Source of the DNA: Ostrea edulis | Taxonomy: Eukaryota | Reading direction: 5' to 3' | Assembly (NCBI RefSeq): GCF_947568905.1 | Contig: NC_079169.1 | Coordinates: forward strand, 85,126,001 to 85,190,000 | DNA: 64,000 nt | Shown: positions 24,696-38,296 of the stretch, piece after piece | How the letters are laid out: each line of letters opens with the position of its first letter | Numbering within the stretch: position 1 is the stretch's first letter | Notes under the pieces: model-generated | What the model saw: the letters and a program-made list of their open reading frames with translations, nothing else | What the model was told of the DNA's origin: nothing | Database searches by the model: none | Program-made: the position numbers and the translations under genes

Positions 24696-27660
24696 TTTGT
24701 TGATTTTCTTTTCACGTGAAATCCTGTCTGAATGAAGTGCAAACTCAATGTGTAATAAGGAACATGGAAAGCAGGAACACGCAAAAGGAAGGAAGCGATT
24801 TGTCACCAACTCTTAAGTACATGTGTAGCTATTAGTGGTGTGTTCACAACATAGTGTAAGAAAGGAAGAGGGGGATTAAAGTTTCTGTGTCGGTCTGTCC
24901 GCGCATGATAGACAACACAAAAAGCTGCAAAGTTATACTTAAAATGATACAAGCTTTTGTCCCCCAAAAAACCCCGATATAAATAGGAGGAATTGACATG
25001 AAATGAACAACAGCTGTTGGGAATCATAAGGTGTGAATCAATCCTCAAATAGAACATCTTTATCCTTCTTGTCGTGATGTCTGTCGTGGGGAGCTTTAAT
25101 TATTTTGTCCTTAAATCAAAATTAAGGACCTCCCCACTTTAGCTGTGACACAGGCCTCCGATGACTTAGTAAAACATTAAAGTTTGAATTATGCAATCTA
25201 CAATGCCCTAAGATGTTCATTAATACCTTAACATAGAGGCTTGACATTTTATTTTCTGAAAAGTTCGCTAACATTAAGAGCTATGCCGTGTTTTGAAATT
25301 GTCTGTTTTTGTTTAAATTCCTATTGATATTCATCTAGAGTGACCAGTTTTTAAAACCTTTGTTTATATCGAACTCAATGTTGTTCAGATTTCTCTTTTC
25401 TATTACAACACCTTTTTGCAATAGAGAAAATTATACCCAAAAGGCAAGACTGGACAATCTTGTGCTGGTCATGAAATTCATAAAAATAAATACAACAAAA
25501 ATCTGCAAAAACTACATGTTTTCTCTTTACCTTCATTGACCTCGGGTAGTTGTTTTCAGGCTAAAACTTAGTTTTATACCCCTTCTTTCCAATATCCCAT
25601 GGGAAAAGGACTGTACACTGTGCACTTACTTGAGATACATCAGTGTTTAATATATATCAAAAAGTATAATAGATAAATCAATTTTTCTTTGAAAAGAGGG
25701 ATGGTAAAAAGGGACCACAGACTACAGCTAAAGTGGAGAGGTCCTTTACTAACAGATATAATAGATTATGTTTCATTAGATATATTTAAATCTATCATAA
25801 GCATCTGCACGTGAAACGAACAGCAATTTCAAACCTTCCACCAAGCACACAATTTCACGTTGAAACTAAGGTGGAGCATCTTTTCGACGTTTGCTTTTTA
25901 AATTGAACTTAAGCCGGTTACCCATGGATGCTTCTCATTGATTTTCTCCATCATCACATCACAACTTGTAATATAGCGGTGTTTAATGTGTATGCTGTTG
26001 TCTTCACTATTTCAAAGTATCTAGACTTTTTTGGAGACAGCAGATACGGATCTAGAGGGATTAGGGGGGTTGTAAACTTCTCTCTACACCCTACACTCCG
26101 TTTTGGTTGAAATTTTTTGCTATAATTAACAAAGAAGGTAATTTTTGTCTATTTGGGACCCCCCCCTTTTTTTTATGGACGGGAACGGTACAAACTTAGG
26201 TCGCATCTCGTGTGTAAAATTTCTGGATCCGCTTCGGATCGTAAACCGTGTAACTTAAAGTTCAGCATGACATGGGAAATTGAAAAAATTGAATACAATA
26301 CAACATAGAATCCACGAAATATTTCTTTGCACATTAAAAAAGGGAGTGGATCAAACTCAAAGGGAGTTTGGGTCCGTCAGGTGCCCTGTGGCTGTTTTTT
26401 GATAATTTGAAAATAAACTTGAAATTTTGGCACACACTCATATAAATCATCAATTTTACCTCAAAATAATAATGATGATATTAATAATAAAAAAGATTTT
26501 ACAGTAACATATAAAATATAAATCGGATTACCAAAGAGATACACGAACGACTTAACAACATAAAAGGACATTTCGACACCTTTGTTGTACGACCTGATTT
26601 TTATTTACAAAAAATCGGAAATGGCGAAACATGATTGTGAATCAACAGTTGTTTGTGTAAAAAATAAATGGGAGCGAGGAACGTAGATCCAATACGTGTG
26701 AGTATGCAAAATGGAATTTAAAGATATGGGTTGATTTTTTTACCATGGTATTTGTGTCAGCATCTTTAGTGATTGCAATATATAAACGTGTCGTCACTTC
26801 GTTCTACGTGTTGCCTCTCGGTTTTCACTTTATTAAACGTCCGCATTTGTTTCTATTTATAAATCATACAACATAGTCGTTCCATGGAAATTGCGCCACA
26901 TGAAAACATGTAGACGAATTTTAGAATTGATTTACGGCGAAGATTAGGTTTATCAGTCTGGGAGATTCTCGGTTTGGCAGGCGACTGAAATGGTTTTATC
27001 CTATACTGAGTTGTAAAAGCATGTAAAGTGTTTTAAAAAGTAAAAGAATCTGGAATCTAGATACTAACGTAGTTATATAAGTGTACAATAAATTTCGGAA
27101 GTTCCCTATGATAATTTTTTACATTCATTAAACATTGTGAAATTACACTGTACAAGCGATATTGATGACATGAAATTTAATCATTAATTTCTCAATTCTA
27201 TCTTGAAGTAGAAACTCTGGATAAACTTTGCTCAGTATTGAGTTAATTTCCATTAACTAATACAGATGCAAAAACTATATTTCAATATTCCCTGAAATTT
27301 CACCCTTGATTTAATATCAATAACTTGATGTGCCATTTCTATTTATTATCTTATGGGCGTTGGTGTATTTTTTTTCCTGCTGGATTACATGAATTACATC
27401 CCTGTTCATAATTAGATCTTTGATTCAAGAATCACAACATGTAAACTAAATGATTATAGTGAGGGTAAAGATCCCTTTCATCAATGTGTGAATTTATGAA
27501 TATATGTAAATAAATCAGTAATTGGAGGTCATATTTTTGCACATTAATGTAACTTCTGTGTTCTTTATATTTCACTTTCAAAGTCAACTCATTATTCCAT
27601 TCTTCTATAAATTCAGTTGAGTACACTTATATGGAATTTTGGTAACAGGATTTAGTCGAC

Positions 27661-28576
27661 ATGGAGATGCGATTTCAGAACCAGATGATGAATGTTTGGA
27701 GGAGACATCGCATACGCCATGCACAAGATATTTTTCCAGTTCGTCCAGCAGAACCAGGAAAGCCGCGTTATGAAAGGGTCATGGTGGATGGTGATGTTGT
27801 AAGGTACAGTCATCCATCATGTTTTGAGTGTGTCAATATATTTTTTTTAAAGCTTGCATTACTAGTTAAAGGTGAAAAAGATAGGGATTCATATAACATG
27901 TACTTATCTTCATATTTGTTGCTCAGAAAAAAAGCTGATGATGAGATAAATATAAATTGAAAATACACTTAGAATGAACCTTAACATAACTATTTATTAT
28001 TTGATGTGATTTTTGTAAATTTTCAGCTATCTAGCAAACCCACACAATCAAGTGGGAATATACATTGCCTCTGATCCCCTATCCTCAGAAGATTATTATT
28101 TTGAAGTTGAAATCCTAGACAGTGGAAACTTAGCAACTATAGGTGAGAGCTCTATCGCATGTTTCTATATAGCATGTTTCTATATAGCATGTTTCTATAT
28201 AGCATGTTTCTATATAGCATGTTTCTATATAGCATGTTTCTATATAGCATGTTTCTATATAGCATGTTTCTATATAGCATGTTTCTATATAGCGCATGTT
28301 TCTATATAGCATGTTTCTATATAGCATGTTTCTATATAGCATGTTTCTATATAGCATGTTTCTATATAGCATGTTTCTATATAGCATGTTTCTATATAGC
28401 ATGTTTCTATATAGCATGTTTCTATATAGCGCATGTTTCTATATAGCATGTTTCTATATAGCATGTTTCTATATAGCATGTTTCTATATAGCATGTTTCT
28501 ATATAGCATGTTTCTATATAGCATGTTTCTATATAGGTTTCATAAGGAGTATAAAGTGTATCATGCATTTATATTT

Positions 28577-28607
<31 letters not shown>

Positions 28608-31600
28608 CAAAAAAAATTCTAATCTTAAATTCATTGTTACACGTGCAGGTGTTGGTCTGGTACCTCAGAGGTATCCAACAGACTCCCAGCCTGGGTGGAG
28701 AGCCTTCTCTGTGGGTTACCATGCAGATGATGGAAAGTAAGTTGACATAATGTAATCAGCTGATATAGAGAATATGTTTCACCTGTGTTGTCATTGATAG
28801 AAAACAGGAATTTTCATTGGATGTTAAAGACATGAGGAGTAATTTTCATGGTATGATTGAAGGAACCAAGAATGACAAAATCTATTTTAAGACCTTGGCA
28901 GCAAACCAGAATTATTTCGGAATTTACCCCAAACCATGAAATTTTAATAATGAATAAAGATTTTCATATTTGAGCTCAATATTTTATTAGTGCTTTTGCT
29001 TCACCCCCAAAGTCGCTAAAATTTTAATCCTGCTAAAATAATTGCATGGACAGTAAGTGAAACTATGTTTTGGCTTTTTCAGATTGTACAAAGCCAATGG
29101 ATTTGGTAAACCTTTTGGTCCCAAGTCCCAGGCTGGGGATAGAATAGGTTGTGGAATCAAATTTCCAAAGCCCAATGCTGACCAGGAAAACCCCGCAGCT
29201 CAGAACATGGCCAAGGTCTTCTTCACACACAATGGGAAAGAGGTATCAAATTTTCATTCCTGAGTGAGATTTCATGATTTGACTTAAGGAGGTATGCTAC
29301 ACCAGAGAAATTTGATATGGATGAAAAGTATAGGATATGTACAACAATATTTTGTAATAGAAAATTTTCAAATTTACTTGATTTAGTCAAAAATTGCAGT
29401 TTTAGTTGAAAGCAATCTAAAAAAAAAAAAAAACCCTACTGGAATTGAACCTGCGATCTACAGATCAGCAGATGGTGTTCTAACCTACTGAGCTACTCAG
29501 CTAGGCAATAAGATTTTGAAATGAATAGACAAATATTGCTGATGTTTATATTTTCATCCATGTTTTAAAAGGAAGTCAGCCATTGTGAGGATGTAGAGTA
29601 CCTCCTTAAGTAAAAAGTGTTCACTTGGACATGTATTAATGATAATAGATCTAGAAGTATGAAATTGTGCATGCTTCTTTTTAGCATATGGTGAAACTTG
29701 TGTGAAGCAATGCAATAAGTATAAACATTTTCCATGATTTCAATGTTAGATGTATACATGTATCAACTTTATGGATGTTGTTGATAACTTGTATATTTAC
29801 AATATTAGAGGTGTACATGTATGAACTTTATGAATGTTTGTGATTTATATTTAAAATTTTAGGTTGGCATTGTCATGACAATGTTACCACCAGACGGGAA
29901 CCTCTACCCCGCAGTAGGTATGCACTCCGAGGGAGAGGAGGTCAAGGTCATGCTTGACGCAGAGTGGCACTACGAGGATCTGGAGTTAATGGCGGTGGAT
30001 GATGGGGAGGATGATTGGTCTCGTCTCCATGATGTCAAACTCAACGGCACGGTAAGGCCCTACCTTGAAAGGTTTTCAGATGGAAGTGCTGATAGTGGCA
30101 CTGTAAGGCCCAAACTTTACACATAATCAGATGCAGGTGCTGGCATCGCCGCGAACCACGGCTGAAATGTATGCTCCTCTCCCCTTTCATCTGTGGCTCT
30201 CTGCATGCCAATTTCTTCGTTTTCATAAATATGCTGTGGCTTGCGACGATGAGGTGCTGGTAGATAAGTGGTTATTGGTAGTCACTTGGACAGAGGCAAT
30301 AAATTTATCTACAGAAAACATGCAAATAAATTCAGTTACATACTTTTAAATGTACCTATATAGATTAGTACAATCTGACTGAATAATTACAAATGAGTGC
30401 TACTATGTTATATGATAATGGATAAATAGAAATCATGATTTAACGTAAGCTATGCATTATCGCTCTCGTGATGTTGTGAATCTGCATACAGTTATGATAT
30501 CATGATGGACTATATAATTGTGTATACACCTGTAGGCTCTACCTTACCTGAAGCAGTAGCACTCGAATGCCTTATCTTGTTTATACAATGAAATGCTTTC
30601 TACGACTTCACAGATGTTGGAGTATTCTGGCAGAGGAAAAAGCATCCATGATGTAGGACTAGCTCAGGCCAGGTTTCCTCTAGATACCACGAATCATTAC
30701 TACGAAATCGAAATTGTTGACCCTGGAGAAAACTGTTATATTGCTATAGGAATTGCTAGAAGGGTAAGTGTTCATCGTGTTCAACAGTTCTTAGAATTAG
30801 ACTTAGAGAAAATCTAATGGGGCATTCATGCAGGAAAGTGAACCAAGCTTAAGAATTCATGCATATGCAGAAAAACTAACAGTCTTTTTTTCTTATTAAT
30901 AGAATTATCCGAAAAATCGACATCCTGGGTGGAACAAAGGCTCAGTAGCTTATCATGCAGGCGAGTATGCTCCCTTCTGTTTGTATCTGTATCCATGTCA
31001 AGATCCTTCATAATATAGCCCTCACATCTTGGGAATTTTTTTTGGATATTTTCAAATTCATATACATCACAAATCCTTTACGAAAAAAAATTCTAAAAAA
31101 TCAAAAGGTATGTACATATTTATTCTCATCAATGTCAGATTTTATAGTAGAGGTAAATTTCAATGACAAGTAAGATTTTAAACCAAAAGACCATGATGTA
31201 TCACAATATTATGAAATACCAATAGAAAACAGAAACAAAAATATGATTATTACATGCCTGTATATGTGTGCAAATATTCAAATATAAATATACAAAAAAT
31301 CATTTTAATATCAGAAGGGTCTTCATTGAAATAAGTGTAAGAATGACAAATGTAAAGCAATAACAATGTAGACATGATTTATATGTATTTACATTTTAGA
31401 ATATTTCCATGCCAAGATCATCTTCAAAGCTAAATAAAGAGGGGTTTCAGATTTACTTTATTTTTGGTTATTTTCTTGTGTTGCTTTTGTAGATGATGGT
31501 AAAATATTTGTTGGCTCTGGGGTGGGTGAGCCATTTGGTCCCAAATGTCATAAAGGTAATATACAGAAATACAGCAATACATAATAGAACATTTATTCAT

Positions 31601-32904
31601 CTTTGTCTTGAAATATACATTTTTTTTTGTGAAGTCATTTAATTGTTTCTGTTAACAGTTTATTAACTTTCTATGCAGATTTTAAACTTCAGTTTTAGTC
31701 ATATACATGTACAGTAAAATATGCCTACAGCAAAGTGATGGAGACTAAATATTTTGATTCATTATGAACACATTTTGTTACATTATCCAATAAGTTCATA
31801 TTATGTTTTAAAACTACAGAGAATGAAAATAACTTTGCTGTAATATGAATTAATTTTAAGCATTTTTGTTGTAACCATGTTTTACTGTACATGCAGTGTA
31901 CCACATAACATAATGTGCAGCTTTTATGATGTTCATAAGGAAAATACATTGTATTTGCTACTGCAACCTCACTTTGAAAGATAAAAAATGTGAAATAGAA
32001 GTTTGAGTCCATCTCTAGTCATTTGTATTTCTCAAGATAACTGTGTACAGTATAGAATACCGTATATAATGGGTATTTTCTGCAGTTGTCCATTTTTGCA
32101 GATGGGAAAAATCCACAAAAATTACAATCGTAAAATATATATATCATATGCTCATAGGTACATGTAGGTATAATGAAACCACAGAAATTGGAAACGCATG
32201 ATATAATTTGCTACTATTTACAGATCATATTGCAAAAATTTCTAAGCACAGAAAATACCCGTAATACGGTATGTTGATAAGCTTTTAAAAAGAAATCTCG
32301 GGCATTTCATCATTCTCATTCGATTGCAGGTGATATCATGGGTTGTGGAATCCTGTTCCCTAATGACTATGACAGTGAAGCAGACAGCGATCAGTCTCCG
32401 GATGATCCGGATGTCAGTAATCGAGAACTGGATCTGGATGAATATCCCTCAGACTCGGACTCCGAGGATGAGAACATGTGGTGGAGACACGGCAACGATG
32501 AACAGGGAACCAAAGTACAGGTAGGACTCTCGAGTTTAAGTGGTTTTACAGGTAGGACTCGTGTGTTGTGCGTTCAGTCATTTGTATTGTCCATTTTATT
32601 GTGTTAGAGTGTATATTATCACTAATGAACATTATATCTTTGAAGCCCTCAGTGATGGTGACTTAGATAGCATGGATGTACATGCAGCTATAGAACTCTG
32701 TTGTTTATAAGTTGCCTACTATAGAATATGATCTAAATGTTTCTACAAACTTGATTTCTTGATTTCCAGGTATTTTTCACAAGAAATGGAAAAATCGTAG
32801 GTACGAAACAGGTTTCTATACCAAAAGGTGGATTTTTCCCGACAGTTGGAATGCTTAGTAGCTGTGAAAAGGTGCGAGTGGACTTGCATCCTTTGACAGG
32901 ATGA
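27661..32904 (+). CDS. SPRYD3: SPRY domain-containing protein 3, about 430 aa, 10 coding exons
   Basis: Exons 27661-27803, 28027-28142, 28649-28736, 29083-29242, 29863-30051, 30614-30763, 30903-30960, 31493-31555, 32330-32520, 32770-32904 (1293 nt, all phases compatible). Two SPRY modules: YFEVEILDSG/VGYHADDGK/GDRIGCGI/LYPAVGMHS and YYEIEIVDPG/HPGWNKGSVAYHADDGKIF/GDIMGCGI; C-terminus VRVDLHPLTG resembles the recalled end of vertebrate SPRYD3. Confidence 0.93.
28157..28535. repeat. 15-bp minisatellite, 25 copies, in SPRYD3 intron 2
   Basis: gcatgtttctatata x25 with two 2-bp (gc) insertions; 379 bp = 25x15+4. Confidence 0.97.
28580..28607. repeat. (AG)n microsatellite
   Basis: Direct observation. 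Confidence 0.95.
29288..29605. mobile_element. TTAA-flanked MITE (Kolobok-like termini) carrying a tRNA-derived segment
   Basis: TTAA at 29284-29287 and 29606-29609; TIRs ggaggtatgctacacc and gatgtagagtacctcc; purine-starting termini fit Kolobok rather than piggyBac; A-box and B-box on the minus strand at 29441-29495. Confidence 0.75.
30961..31492 (+). other. GC-AG intron (SPRYD3 intron 7)
   Basis: Donor CATGCAG|gcgagt; only this junction yields the conserved YHA-D-DGKIF. Confidence 0.85.
32058..32271. mobile_element. Small MITE
   Basis: taccgtatataatgggtattttctg at the left, cagaaaatacccgtaatacggta at the right. Confidence 0.55.
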
Positions 32905-33476
32905 CCTATGTAATCTTTAGGCTTTTTCCCTACAAGTATTTCATAGTTGATATATTCCAATAGCTTAAGTAAGTCCCACAGAACACAATGCAATGGAAAC
33001 TTGACACTTTTGCCAACCTTTGTTCACGGAATACTGGCAATATTCTGCACTCAGTGACAAGAAGGGAATTTTCATGGTTGGCAGTAGATTTGCCACGAAT
33101 AAAGAGAAATCAGGATTTTGACCAAATTCAAAGGAAAAGTGTAGTTTTTCTGATCAAAACATGTTAGTATGTCTCAACTGACAAAGAGCTACATTCCGTA
33201 CCATGGAGGGATAATTACAAAACAGGGTTTGGTTTTATATTTTGTCTGGAATTATGGTAAATTCAAGTTTAAACAATATCAACAATTCAGTATTTCTAAT
33301 ACAGGATAATGTTGGGGGGTGGGGGGTGGGGGGCTTAAAAAACCTGTAATTTGTGAACTCATAATGTTTGGTCATTATGCGAGTCTTTTGAAAGCTACTC
33401 ATATTTTTTTTCTTAAGTAAGAATTGTATTGATCGGTTCATTCTTTCATTAGGAAGGGAAGGGCGACGGGGAGCGC

Positions 33477-33825
33477 TTACTTACTTTCTGCCCATTAAGC
33501 TCTCTGGCATGTAGGGCAGCAACGAAGTCTCTCCATCCCTGTCTGTCGGTTGCCTTCTTTTGCAGAGTTCCCCAGGTTTGATGGTAAGATTTCATATCTG
33601 CTTCTACTGTTTGTCTCCATGTTATCGTAGACCTTCCTCTCTTTCATTTCCCCTCAGGTGTCCAAAACAGGGCTGTTCTTGAGATGTTATCATGGTCTTT
33701 ACGAAGGACATGGCCTATCCATTTCCATCGTCTCTTTGTTATGATCATGGCCATGTTTTCTTGTTGACATCTGTTGAGAAGGTCTTCATTTGATATCTTC
33801 TGTGGCCAGAAGATTCTTAAGACGG
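33477..33825 (-). mobile_element. RTE-clade LINE 3' end, 5'-truncated and decayed
   Basis: LRIFWPQKISNEDLLNRC...RRWKWIGHVLRK...ALFWTPEGK*KRGRSTITWRQTVE...W..L...A.DRQGWRDFVAAL, one in-frame stop, (gtaa)n tail. Confidence 0.85.
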
Positions 33826-34644
33826 TGAGCGCAGTGGAATTTTTTTTATTCAATTTTTTTTTTTAATTTCACATTTGAATTGCACTATTGCCTGAATAAT
33901 ATTGAATAAGCACACATTTAAGACTGTGCCACACTTTGTGCCAAAAAGTGCCATCCAATTTTTGTTTTGTTTTCAAAATCCATGTTAGCTTTTGCTAAAA
34001 CAGGCATAGTGTGTGCAGGATGTCTGTTTGTTCTTCAACTGATTTCGAGTGATAATGAATTTTTGATTGAGTATAAAGTGGTAAGTGTTTTAAACATGTT
34101 TTAAACATTGAGATGGATATCCAGGGACTGTTCCATTGAGTATGTTAACTTTCATTTTGAAGCAGTCTTTACTACAAAATCCAACATATCGGGAACAGTA
34201 GCACTGCAGATATCAATGATATCAAGATGGACTTGATACTAAATGAGCTGTGATATCCCTATTACATATTTTATTAACATGTTTGTAGTTTTTTGAAAGA
34301 GCGGACTCATTTCTGAATTTATATCCCATTTGATTGAAACAGGTTTGAATGTATTATGCATTTTTTTGGTTGTTCTTGAGGTAATGAAATATTTTTGTCT
34401 TAGCTGTCCTGTTTTTATCATGTTTTTGTGTTACTGATGATTTTTTTGGTAACAAATACGAATGTTGTTGAATACAGTTTGAAAGGTGACGTTTTGCTGT
34501 TCTTCTGTCACTACAGTGAATTATTTTTATTTTTTTTTGTTCATTGACACACAAGGTTAGGATAGATCTTAAGGGTAATTGGTATACTGGCATGATGAAA
34601 CATATTATCATCTATTGGAAAAAAAGATATATTTCCTTCAATTA

Positions 34645-35145
34645 CAGGCTTTCAAATGGGCCCTTATTTTTCTACAACAGCCCTTATTTGAGCTTTAGAA
34701 TCCTAAAAAAGCCCTAATTTTTTGTTAAAATTCCTACATTTTCAAATTTTGAAAGTTTAAATAAATTTGACATAAAGTAAGTGTTGGAATTTATTAAATT
34801 TAGTCTTAGTATACTTTCAGAAAATGAATATGTTGATTAAATGTACATCTCAGAAGACATCTTGATGGTTATCAGCTATATTCAGCATTGATTGTGAGCC
34901 ATGGGAGTCCACCTGGTTTGTGCTGAATATGGCTGTTGATGACCACTGGTATGATATTCTGAGTGGGTAGTTAGTTTTTGTATTATTGTTCTTGCAAATG
35001 GTGAGTAAAACATTTTTTCTTTCCTATTGATTTGTAAATTTAACCCTTATTTTTGTCTAAAAAGCCCTAAAAAAGGCCCTTATTTTTTGATAATTTTGCC
35101 CTAAAAACGGCCCTTATTTTTTGCAAAATGTCACTTGAAAGCCTG
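34645..35145. mobile_element. 501-bp non-autonomous TIR element
   Basis: TIR caggctttcaa and ttgaaagcctg; caatta duplicated at 34639-34644 and 35146-35151; internal gcccttatttttt repeats. Confidence 0.7.
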
Positions 35146-35551
35146 CAATTATTTTGGGACAAATACCTCTACTTTTTATACCGATTGATTGCTGATACAT
35201 ATACCGGTATGATAATTTAATTTATAGAATAAGTAATCTAGGTCCTTCCTATTAATTACACTTCCTGTTAGTTATACTTTCTGTTGTTAAACACAGATTT
35301 TATTAGACTCCTATTAGGAAGTGGAATTAACATTCTCATGCATGTATTTTGAGTTGCCAATTGACATAAACAGGGTTAGTATCCCCTAGCAACAGAATTA
35401 GCTGGGACAATGTTGTGTTTGTATGTGAGGGTGAGAGCTTACATAATGCTGATAGAAAAATTATCTCCGATATTTTCAGAAGAGATCTGATTTGCAATTT
35501 ACCGTACTCCATATTTAAAAACTTTAGGGCTGAAGTAAAACTGCTAGTTCT

Positions 35552-35802
35552 ACAGTTGAGCTTTGGTGTCTGGAACATCGATATCTCGAATGCCATGGAT
35601 ATGTCAAAGTGATTCAGAAGTCCCAACCATTTATTCTTTAAGTATTTTACCCTCGATATCTCGAATGCCATGGATATGTCAAAGTGATTCAGAAGTCCCA
35701 ACCATTTATTCTTTAAGTATTTTACCCTCGATATCTCGAATCCATGGACATCTCAAAGTTTTTCTTGGTCCCGTCGAGTTTGAGATAATGAGGTTTGACT
35801 GT
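35552..35802. mobile_element. Tc1/mariner-type MITE with an internal 75-bp tandem duplication
   Basis: tacagttga...gaggtttgactgta termini; 75-bp unit at 35578, 35653 and partial at 35728; a related copy lies at about 36638-36826. Confidence 0.6.
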
Positions 35803-38296
35803 AGTGAAAATATCTACCCATTGTCATATACAACAGAAATGTAAAGTCAAAAAAGTGAAATAGAAGTGTTTAAAAAGTCATGATTATGCCTAATTGTGCA
35901 TCGGCTTCAACTACTCTTAAGTTTTCAGTTTGCTAAACTATATTCTTTATTGTGCACATTTTAAGTCAAATTCTTGTTTACTCTTTACTGTCAGATTGTG
36001 TCATATTTGTGCATATATCAGTTCACATTGGTCTATAATATGATATGTGTAAATAAAAGTTACAAAACCTTGCATTGATGATTCGGAAAAAACAACTGAA
36101 AAAAACCCCAAAAACTTAAAAAACAAGCAGCCTGGCAGTATAAGATGCGAGTCTAGGTTATTTATTGGGGTTTTATTTGACGGCTTTCTCTAAACGAATG
36201 ATGGAGAAGAATGTGATGGGTATTTGTAGGTATGATAATTTTCAGTTTTGACTTGCATGTACCAGTATGCAGGGTATACTCATTACCCAGTGTGAGTGGC
36301 ATTGTTTCTGTTGTGTCTTGTTGTTACACATAATTTGTTGTTTGTTTCCACAAATATGTATATTATCGAAAAATAGTATTTTTCTAATTCAAATATTGTT
36401 AGTGTTTTGTGTTAGATTTTTAAATTTGAAAACAAAAATTTATATACATTATATATATGTAATAGAATTAAATAAATGGTGTAAGAATGTCCAGAAAATA
36501 CACATTTTCATTATATATATATGTGTTATAAAAATAAATAAATGGTGTAAGAATGGCAAGAAAATAAACAGTTTCATTAGAAATCGTGTTATGGAGGACC
36601 AGGCCTCATTCCTTGCAATTTGTTAATTTTATAACTATAGTTGAACTTCGTTATCTTGAACATCAATATGTCGAAAACCATGTATATGTCAAAAACCATG
36701 GATATGGCGAAGTAAGTTGGAAGTCCCAACTACATTTTTAAATGTATTTTAACCCAAACATCTCAGATATTTTGGAAGTTTTTTCTCTGCCCCGTTGAGT
36801 TTGTTGAGATAACGAGGTTTGACTGTAATTGATTAAAAAACAATGAACTAGGATTGAATTTTTGGCTGTTACATGTATGCTAATGATAAAATGACCGCTC
36901 TGCTGATTAATGAGCCTTGGATTTGATGTCTCAAATATAATTTACAGTAATACCTTATGATCATGTATCAGGCAAAAAAGTGGGTTTTTCCCTCTTAAAT
37001 AAACGCTATATTTTAGAATTGATAATGATTTTAAATCATTTTTGGTTGATGTTACCTCTGGTATTCTACAAGATTTAGAGATCATCTACTATATAGTACA
37101 AGATTATGTAACACCAATAATTATCATGTGGGTTTGTTGAAGTTAGAAATATAAGGTACCATCGTATCATTCTCAGTTTAAGTTCATCATTTACTTGTTT
37201 TATATGATGGCAGTTTGGATCAATGTGTAATTTTATTATGAGACTTCATTACATGTACAGTATTATATATATTATTTATTCATGTTATATGTATCCCTTT
37301 TGTCGTGTGGAGACTGGAAGACTGAAGTTTATTGGGTAGCATGTTCAAAGATGTCATACAAGTTACGGTTGTTATGCCATTTGAAGTGAATAAAATGCTT
37401 CCTGCTTTTTGGAATGATTGTTTTCTTTATTTCAATGCATGTTCATAGGAATTAAATTCAAATATCCTCTCAAAACTCCTGTTGGAATCATGGGATGGGT
37501 CTCGGTGAAAGCGTGTCGCAATAAAGTGTGAAGAAGTAGAGATTTTCTATAGTCATCTGGCCCATAAAATAGATGATTTCAGTAGGAGTCCCAAAATCTG
37601 GCATTCAAATAAGGAATACATATAGCAAATCCAAACTACGTTTAATTTGATCCAAAATTGCTTTGTGTTGTATGACAGGAGCGTAAAGTTGGCATAAAAT
37701 TGCCAAAAAATGTAAAAATCAATGAAAAATTTCATAAATTCAGGAGGTTTTCCTTTCAGAAAACATACAGCCCATGGGTCGAGCAAATTTATATTCAAAC
37801 ACATTTTTCATCTTCTCTTAATACACAATATATATTAATTTCATTTTGCTCGCCGGATGGGCACACCTTATAGCAACAATCTGGATGAAATTTAACAGCT
37901 ATCAAGCCCTTTTTGAAAAAAGGCGGGAAGAACTCATATTCATGACGTAATAATGCTATAAAATAAGAAATAACTTTGATTTAAGTTGAGATAGTATACT
38001 TGGCATATATCTAACTTATTCAAAACACAGATCAAGCTTGATTCAAGACACATTTAAATCGGAGACTTTTTGGGGGCCTTTTTATGTACAGAATTGTACC
38101 TTGTTCTTTACATACAGTACAGAAATTTCAATCAGATTTGATTTCCAAAGTCATGTCAACCATGATGCAAATATTTTACTTTAAACCTGATGTATCAATG
38201 ACTGCGTCTTCAAACAATGTACCATATAATTTCACCCCAAAATACACTGTGCTTTTAAAAATTCTAGACAAATGACCTTTTATGATGCCAGGTTCA

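Noticed and set aside
28052-28750. Repetitive ORFs (ACFYI)n, (MFLYS)n, (MLYRN)n, (IETCY)n
   Set aside because: Translations of the intronic 15-bp minisatellite; the real SPRYD3 exons splice around it.
29434-29505. Possible tRNA gene
   Set aside because: A and B boxes are present but I could not form acceptor or anticodon stems; it lies inside a repeated MITE.
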